DNA from: Eubacteriales bacterium | GTDB lineage: Bacteria > Bacillota > Clostridia > Oscillospirales > CAG-272 | Length of the DNA stretch: 61,051 nt | NCBI GenBank assembly: GCA_045541735.1 | Contig: JAZQJQ010000009.1 | Coordinates: 1-61,051 of the forward strand | Reading direction: 5' to 3' | In this document: one piece after another, positions 55,526-61,051 of the stretch | Layout: each line of letters starts with the position of its first letter | Numbering within the stretch: position 1 is the first letter of the stretch | Translations under genes and position numbers: made by a program | The notes under the pieces: generated by a model | The model's database searches: none | What the model was told of the DNA's origin: nothing | Seen by the model: the letters and a program-made list of their open reading frames with translations, nothing else

Positions 55526-56467
55526 CTAAATCTCCAGGAATTTTTCTTTGGCAAGATAAGCGATACCGACCGCGTTATCTGCCGAAAGCGCAGGCGGTGC
55601 AAATGCTATGCCCGAAATATCTGAAAGCTTTTCCTTAATAAGCGAATTGCTCATCACGCCGCCGGAGCAGATCACCGGCATATCGCCGTATCTATCAAGC
55701 TGAGCATCAATAGCTTTATGAAGCGAGCAAGCAATAAAATCAAGACACATACGGCTGATCTCAGCCTTATCTCCGCTCTCGGAATAGCGCTTTTGTAGCA
55801 TATTCTCAAGACCAGAAAGATTAAAATAAGTATCCTTGACCGAAAGCTTCATAGGCGGCAACTTGCCGTTAAACTCCAGCGCCGAACGCTCGATATGAGG
55901 ACCGCACGGGAAAGGGAAACCAAGCATAACACCCGTTCTGTCAACAGCTTGCCCTGCACAAAGGTCGGCAGTGCCCCCCGTTATCTCGCAATCGAATCCG
56001 TTCTCGCATTTTTTGCACAGAACTATCTCCGTAGTACCCCCGGAGATATGAAGCGCGGTAAATCTCTCAGCAGATGGTTCGATTCCCGCACCGGCAAGAG
56101 CGGCGCGGATATGTCCGCACTGATGTGAGAATCGATAAAGAGGCGCATCAGATGCAACCGCAAAAGCAGCGGCACTTGCAATGCCTGAAAGAAAGCAAGG
56201 CATATATGAGCCTTCGTGATTACGGGGTCTGGCAGATACTCCCACAGCACATACCTTTCCACAAGAAAGGCTGTCCTTTAAGCGCAAAAAAGCATCCGGC
56301 AAATTCTTGGTATGCTCAAAAAGCGCCGCTTGCTGACGCAGACCGAGCTCCCCCTCCTTGACCGGAAGCGGCAATTTGATGTTCGCAAGTATCTCTCCAT
56401 CAAAATCGACACACGCAACGGATGTTGTATAATTGCTCGTATCGATTCCGACAAACAGCTCTCTCAT
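55526..56467 (-). CDS. TsaD/Kae1 (peptidase M22) family paralogue
   Basis: GIDTSNYTTS, HQCGH, ISGGTT, GQAVDR, SGGVMSN and DNAVGIA motifs. ATG 56467. Confidence 0.85.
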   Translation of the reverse strand: MRELFVGIDTSNYTTSVACVDFDGEILANIKLPLPVKEGELGLRQQAALFEHTKNLPDAFLRLKDSLSCGKVCAVGVSARPRNHEGSYMPCFLSGIASAAAFAVASDAPLYRFSHQCGHIRAALAGAGIEPSAERFTALHISGGTTEIVLCKKCENGFDCEITGGTADLCAGQAVDRTGVMLGFPFPCGPHIERSALEFNGKLPPMKLSVKDTYFNLSGLENMLQKRYSESGDKAEISRMCLDFIACSLHKAIDAQLDRYGDMPVICSGGVMSNSLIKEKLSDISGIAFAPPALSADNAVGIAYLAKEKFLEI

Positions 56468-56468
56468 C

Positions 56469-56885
56469 TTATGCCTCACAGCCGTTAGCCTTAGCGAGGC
56501 TGTTCAAAAGTCCGTTTATAAAAGGAGCCGAACCTTCCTCTGCATACTGCTTTGCCAGCTCAACAGCTTCGTTAATAGCAATACTGTAAGGGAGCTTAGG
56601 CTCGCAGTACAGCAACTCGAATACGGCGAGTCTGAGTATAGAGAGAGACACACGGGATATTCTGTCAACTCTCCATCCGGAAGAGTGCTTTTCTACCTCG
56701 GCATCAATAGCCTTGAGATTTTCGCAGATTCCCGCAAAGCATGAATCAACGTACTCATCCTCGGGAATTTCTCTTTCGACCCTTGCGGTTGTAAGAATAA
56801 CTGCAGGGTCACAATCCTCGGTATGAAACCCGAGTTCGAACACAAGGCCGATAATAGCCTCTCTCGCATTTCTTCTGCTTAGCAT
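56469..56885 (-). CDS. nusB: Transcription antitermination factor NusB
   Basis: RRNARE, ILRLAVFE, INEAVELAK and FINGLL motifs. ATG 56885. Confidence 0.95.
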   Translation of the reverse strand: MLSRRNAREAIIGLVFELGFHTEDCDPAVILTTARVEREIPEDEYVDSCFAGICENLKAIDAEVEKHSSGWRVDRISRVSLSILRLAVFELLYCEPKLPYSIAINEAVELAKQYAEEGSAPFINGLLNSLAKANGCEA

Positions 56886-56930
56886 CGTAAATAAACCTTC
56901 CAAGTAGCCATAATAATCAAATATAAATAA

Positions 56931-56959
56931 ATTATACTAAATAAATATGCAAAAGTCAA
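56931..56959 (-). promoter_or_regulatory. sigma-A promoter of the nusB operon
   Basis: TTGACT-17-TATAAT. Confidence 0.72.
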
Positions 56960-57077
56960 TCACACGAGGCTAATATTTATTCGCAAAAAACAATTTCCGA
57001 AAAATTATTATGATTGTCACTTGATAATCACACAAAAATGTGATAACATTTGAAAAGAGACGTTTTCGGAGGATAGG

Positions 57078-57473
57078 ATGTCAAAGTTTTTTCGAGATTC
57101 GCTGAACCGCACATGCTGTATTTTTACCGTAAGTGTGTTCTTTTTCTATTTCGTCGGTTATTACGCCAGCGCCGCAAAGCAACCGGCTATGTCAGCCAAT
57201 ATGATCGTTGCACTGTTTCTTGCTTCCCTTTGCTTTTCTTTTTCATCGTTATTTCTGCATATAAAAAAACTTTCAAAAGTTTTGGGATATACGCTTCATT
57301 GCCTTTGCTGTATCATCGCGACATACCTTCTTTACGTCAGCGTTCTCGGCAAAGGAGGAACGGGTGCAGGCAAAATGGTATGTATTGTTCTGACCGCTGT
57401 TGCTTATGCCGTTATCATGCTTTTACGTGGTGTTATAGTAAGTTCCCTTAGAGCAAGAAAGGAAAATGAATGA
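57078..57473 (+). CDS. Hypothetical 4-TM membrane protein
   Basis: RBS GGAGG; four hydrophobic segments; ATGA overlap with the next gene. Confidence 0.7.
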   Translation: MSKFFRDSLNRTCCIFTVSVFFFYFVGYYASAAKQPAMSANMIVALFLASLCFSFSSLFLHIKKLSKVLGYTLHCLCCIIATYLLYVSVLGKGGTGAGKMVCIVLTAVAYAVIMLLRGVIVSSLRARKENE

Positions 57474-58471
57474 ACAACAGTAAACAAGACAAACAATTTT
57501 CAAACCACGTTAATGCTGTACTATCCGTAGTTTTGATCGTTTTACTATCTCTGACCATACTCGCAGTTCTTGTTATGGGCGGTATGTTTGCTCTTAGAAT
57601 TACATCAAACTCACCTGCACCGGATACCCCCACAGTTACAGGCACGCCTGTTACGGATCCGAAACCAGTCGAAAACAGCACAGCAACTGATACCTCGGAA
57701 CAACCGAACACCGACGCCCCCGCAACAGATACACCTATCACAGACAGCACCGATCCCCCCGCCACCGAGCAGCCCGAAGTACCTGTCGTTTCATCGTCCG
57801 CATATCTACCCGAGACGGAGGACGGAGGAGATGATTACCTTAAACGCGTTGTATTTCTCGGCGATTCGACAACTTACCATATGCATCATTACACCGATCT
57901 CGATGATTCGCAGATATGGGTACCCCAAGACGGGACCCTTGATCTTAACGATATAACTAACAAATCTGTAGCCTTACCCATTGACGGCGTTGATTTCCGC
58001 AAGTGGGTCGATGCACCGATCACATCTGTTCTTTCCGCCCAAAAGCCGGACATATTGATCGTTACTCTCGGAATTAATTTTTCGCCTTTTTACGGCAAGG
58101 AAGAACACGGCTGGACAATGGACAAAAAAGAGACCTATTTTAAGCTGCAGATCTCCAACATCAAAAAGATCGTAGATAAATATTCTCCTGAAACTAAGCT
58201 TGTTTTTCAAACGATTTATCCGGTAATTGACTCAGAACTTATCGAAGACGGCTTGCCGATAAGAAACGAGCACGTTAAGCTACGCAATTCTTGGCTAGTT
58301 GAAATATGCGAAGAGCTTAACATTCCTGTTCTAAAAACCGAAGACGTCCTAATGGATAACAACGGAGAGCTGAAAAAAGAATTTAACACCTATCATCTTG
58401 ACGGAGTTCATATAAATCCGGAGGGATATAACGCAATTTTAAACTACGTCAGAACGCACACCGTTCCATAA
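57470..58471 (+). CDS. Membrane-anchored SGNH/GDSL hydrolase
   Basis: TM, P/T/D linker, FLGDS, LGIN and DGVH. Confidence 0.88.
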   Translation: MNNSKQDKQFSNHVNAVLSVVLIVLLSLTILAVLVMGGMFALRITSNSPAPDTPTVTGTPVTDPKPVENSTATDTSEQPNTDAPATDTPITDSTDPPATEQPEVPVVSSSAYLPETEDGGDDYLKRVVFLGDSTTYHMHHYTDLDDSQIWVPQDGTLDLNDITNKSVALPIDGVDFRKWVDAPITSVLSAQKPDILIVTLGINFSPFYGKEEHGWTMDKKETYFKLQISNIKKIVDKYSPETKLVFQTIYPVIDSELIEDGLPIRNEHVKLRNSWLVEICEELNIPVLKTEDVLMDNNGELKKEFNTYHLDGVHINPEGYNAILNYVRTHTVP

Positions 58472-58486
58472 TATTTAGAGGTATGT

Positions 58487-58975
58487 ATGAGAAAAATATT
58501 AGCCGCATTTCTTGTTATTGTTATAGCATTTTCCGCATTTGTTTCTTGCGGAAGCAAAGTGGAATTCAAAGATGACATTACTGTCGCAACGCTTGTGCAA
58601 GCCGGTAAAAAACAGATCTCACTTTCCTCCAATCTTACTGATGCAAGCGACGAATTTATGACTTTTTTCTTAAACGTTGATGCTTCTCTATACACCGAGT
58701 GTGTGGTAATGACACCTGCAGGCAGTGCAGCGATCGATGAATTCGGAATATTCAAAGCCTCAAGCGCAGAGGATGCCGCAAAAATTGAAGCATCACTAAA
58801 AACTTATCTTGCAAGCCGCGTTGCAACTTGGGACACACGTTACAGCCAGGCGGAAAAACCTAAGGTTGACGGAGCCAAAACTACCGTTTACGGTAATTAT
58901 GTAATTTATACTATTCTTTCCTCAAAAGAACAGACTGCATTTCTTAACGTTATCGGCGACATTTTAACAAAATGA
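58487..58975 (+). CDS. DUF4358-like lipoprotein
   Basis: Lipobox FVSC; IDEFGIFKA...YGNYVIY. Confidence 0.75.
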   Translation: MRKILAAFLVIVIAFSAFVSCGSKVEFKDDITVATLVQAGKKQISLSSNLTDASDEFMTFFLNVDASLYTECVVMTPAGSAAIDEFGIFKASSAEDAAKIEASLKTYLASRVATWDTRYSQAEKPKVDGAKTTVYGNYVIYTILSSKEQTAFLNVIGDILTK

Positions 58976-58978
58976 TCT

Positions 58979-59010
58979 CTTGACCCGCTTTGGCGGGTCA
59001 AGCTCTTTTT
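58979..59010 (+). terminator. Intrinsic terminator after DUF4358
   Basis: CTTGACCCGC-TTTG-GCGGGTCAAG followed by CTCTTTTT. Confidence 0.7.
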
Positions 59011-59032
59011 ACATGCACTGAGGAGTAATTTT

Positions 59033-60253
59033 ATGCCAAACAAGCAGAACAAAAAGAAAAAAAGGAAATGGCTGAGACCGCATCATCTTTGGGTACGCAT
59101 AATCGGCGGCGCGATCATATACCCCGTTTGCAGGATTATGTACGGGATAAAATTTGAAAAATTCAAGAATACCGCCAAAAGGCCCCATTTTATCCTTTAC
59201 AATCATCAAACAGCTTTCGATCAATTTTTTGTTGCAATGACATACCCCGGAGCCGTCTACTACGTTGCATCGGAAGATCTATTTTCAAACGGTTTTATTT
59301 CAAAGCTCATTAAATTTTTAGTAAAACCGATACCGATAAAGAAATCAACCACAGATATGCGTGCAGTTCTTAACTGTATGCAGGTGGCAAGAGAGGGCGG
59401 CTCAATTGCGATAGCGCCCGAGGGCAACCGTACTTTCAGCGGTGTGACCGGATACATAAAACCGACAATAGTATCACTTATCAAAGCATTAAAGATGCCG
59501 GTGGCTTGTTTAAGAATTGAAGGAGGATACGGGGTTCACCCCCGCTGGAGCGACGTTAGAAGAAAAGGAAAGATGCGCTCTTATATTTCAAGAGTTATTG
59601 AGCCTGATGTATATAACAAGATGACCGAGGATGAGCTGCTTGAAGTTTTAAAGAAGGAACTCTACGTCGACGAAACGATAACAGAAACCCGTTACTTCAA
59701 CAAAAAACGTGCAGAATACCTAGAAAGGGCAATTTATTACTGCCCGAAATGCGGAATATCGGAATTTGAAAGCGAAAACGAAAAAATCCGCTGTAAAAGA
59801 TGCGGTCTTACTGTAAACTATGGCACTGACCTCCGTCTCAGCTCCGATGATACTGATTTCAAGTACAACACTGTAAAAGAATGGTATCAGGCTCAATCCG
59901 ATTACGTAAATTCAACAGATCTCTCTAAGTATACCGAAAATTCAATATGCGGAGACCTGATTAAACTGTATGAAGTTATTCCTTATAAACGAAAGATACT
60001 GCTCGGAAATTGCGCTGTTACTCTATTCGGCGATAGATTGATCTTTAGCAACGGCGTGTCTCTGGAATTGAATTTCAATGAAATTTCTGCGATCGCAGTT
60101 CTCGGAAGAAACAAACTTAACGTCTACGTTAAAGATAGGATTTATCAAATAAAGAGCCATAAGAGATTTAACGCAGTGAAATATATGAATATATATTATA
60201 GACACTCTAACATAAAAAACGGCACCCCTGATGAAGTATTTTTAGGAATATGA
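59033..60253 (+). CDS. Lysophospholipid acyltransferase (PlsC family) with C-terminal extension
   Basis: NHQTAFD and APEGNR motifs; CPKC..CKRC. Confidence 0.87.
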   Translation: MPNKQNKKKKRKWLRPHHLWVRIIGGAIIYPVCRIMYGIKFEKFKNTAKRPHFILYNHQTAFDQFFVAMTYPGAVYYVASEDLFSNGFISKLIKFLVKPIPIKKSTTDMRAVLNCMQVAREGGSIAIAPEGNRTFSGVTGYIKPTIVSLIKALKMPVACLRIEGGYGVHPRWSDVRRKGKMRSYISRVIEPDVYNKMTEDELLEVLKKELYVDETITETRYFNKKRAEYLERAIYYCPKCGISEFESENEKIRCKRCGLTVNYGTDLRLSSDDTDFKYNTVKEWYQAQSDYVNSTDLSKYTENSICGDLIKLYEVIPYKRKILLGNCAVTLFGDRLIFSNGVSLELNFNEISAIAVLGRNKLNVYVKDRIYQIKSHKRFNAVKYMNIYYRHSNIKNGTPDEVFLGI

Positions 60254-60283
60254 CTATTCTTCTTGATTACTGAATATCTACAT

Positions 60284-60320
60284 AAAAATGCCGCGTCGCA
60301 CAAACACGACGCGGCATTTT
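60284..60320. terminator. Bidirectional terminator
   Basis: AAAATGCCGCGTCG-loop-CGACGCGGCATTTT. Confidence 0.8.
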
Positions 60321-60325
60321 AAAAT

Positions 60326-61051
60326 TCATTTAACCGCTAAAACAATTGCGGCATCTATATTATCGGCAAAATTTTGTTCGCCGACTTTATTATAAAAACC
60401 GGATTTCTTCATAACCGCAAGCGGTTGTTCGTTAACGTGAGAAAGAATTAGCCTGATTCCCTGTTCCTCGCACAGCCTGTATATGACTTCGAGCGAGCGC
60501 AAAGCACTGATATCAAGGCTGGGCACGGTGCGCATACGCAAGATAAGAGTATCTACACCATTTTTAAGCTCAATTGCTGCAAACTTCTCAGAAGTTGCGA
60601 AAAACATAGGACCGTCCAATTCAACGACCTCAACATTTGCAGGGAGAGGCTTTAGGCGATTCGAATCGTATTTATCTGCCTCTTTCCAAACACGGAGATT
60701 TGTTACGTCGCTCATTCTCTTCATAAACAGAACAGCGGCAAGTATCATACCGACCTCTATCGCAACAACAAGATCAAAAATGACGGTAAGACCGAATGTA
60801 AGAACGAGTACGAGCACGTCGCTTGCAGGAGCGGTACGGCAAATGCGGACAAACTGGCGCCACTCTGACATATTGTACGCAACCATAAAAAGTATTGCGG
60901 CAATAACGGGCATCGGGATCCATGCTGCATACGGCATAAGAAGTACGAGAATTAGCAGAAGGAGAATGGCGTGAACCATACCGGAAACGGGAGAACGGCC
61001 GCCGTTTTTCACGTTTGCGGCAGTACGGGCAATAGCACCCGTTGCCGGTAT
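60326..61051 (-). CDS. SulP family anion permease with STAS domain; 5' end outside the window
   Basis: ATGAIARTAANVKNGGRSP, GPMFFA and LDISAL motifs; frame open to the window edge. Confidence 0.9.
   Translation of the reverse strand: MPATGAIARTAANVKNGGRSPVSGMVHAILLLLILVLLMPYAAWIPMPVIAAILFMVAYNMSEWRQFVRICRTAPASDVLVLVLTFGLTVIFDLVVAIEVGMILAAVLFMKRMSDVTNLRVWKEADKYDSNRLKPLPANVEVVELDGPMFFATSEKFAAIELKNGVDTLILRMRTVPSLDISALRSLEVIYRLCEEQGIRLILSHVNEQPLAVMKKSGFYNKVGEQNFADNIDAAIVLAVK

Noticed and set aside
1-61051. tRNA/rRNA, prophage, IS, integrase or known defence systems
   Set aside because: None recognised. Intergenic gaps are short and mostly explained by promoters and terminators; small ncRNAs cannot be excluded without a covariance search.

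Overview
This is a chromosomal segment, probably a whole assembled contig, from a spore-forming Clostridia-class bacterium (Oscillospirales-like, inferred from gene content and synteny). It holds about 54 CDS, and I found no rRNA, tRNA, CRISPR array or mobile element. Left to right: an MGI/DNBSEQ sequencing adapter (1-53) truncating an ABC ATPase; an RDD protein; a HAD nucleotidase-guanylate kinase fusion; an amidohydrolase; gdhA; a purine salvage/nucleoside ABC cluster (deoD, xpt, BMP/NupABC-type); an LctBCD-type Etf/lactate dehydrogenase; a ~1600-aa four-module BspA-like LRR surface protein; a sporulation block (cotJABC divergent from an SLH protein and an enolase); AraC with an orphan solute-binding lipoprotein and an atypical GH43; the yqfCD-phoH-ybeY-era-recO-mutS2-capA-M48 run; ylbJ-like; a small Cys protein; DUF4430 with a His-less HPr; PBP1A; bofC-like; a 14-kb nusB-to-dnaE housekeeping run; SGNH/DUF4358; an acyltransferase; and a truncated SulP. 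The best candidates for undescribed biology are: (1) the HAD-guanylate kinase fusion with a degenerate kinase site; (2) an enolase behind a forespore-type promoter whose RBS is locked in a perfect 16-bp hairpin; (3) the AraC/SBP/non-canonical GH43 module without a transporter; (4) a tandem C-terminal domain on the LRR protein; (5) a TsaD paralogue. All family calls come from motif recognition, not database searches.
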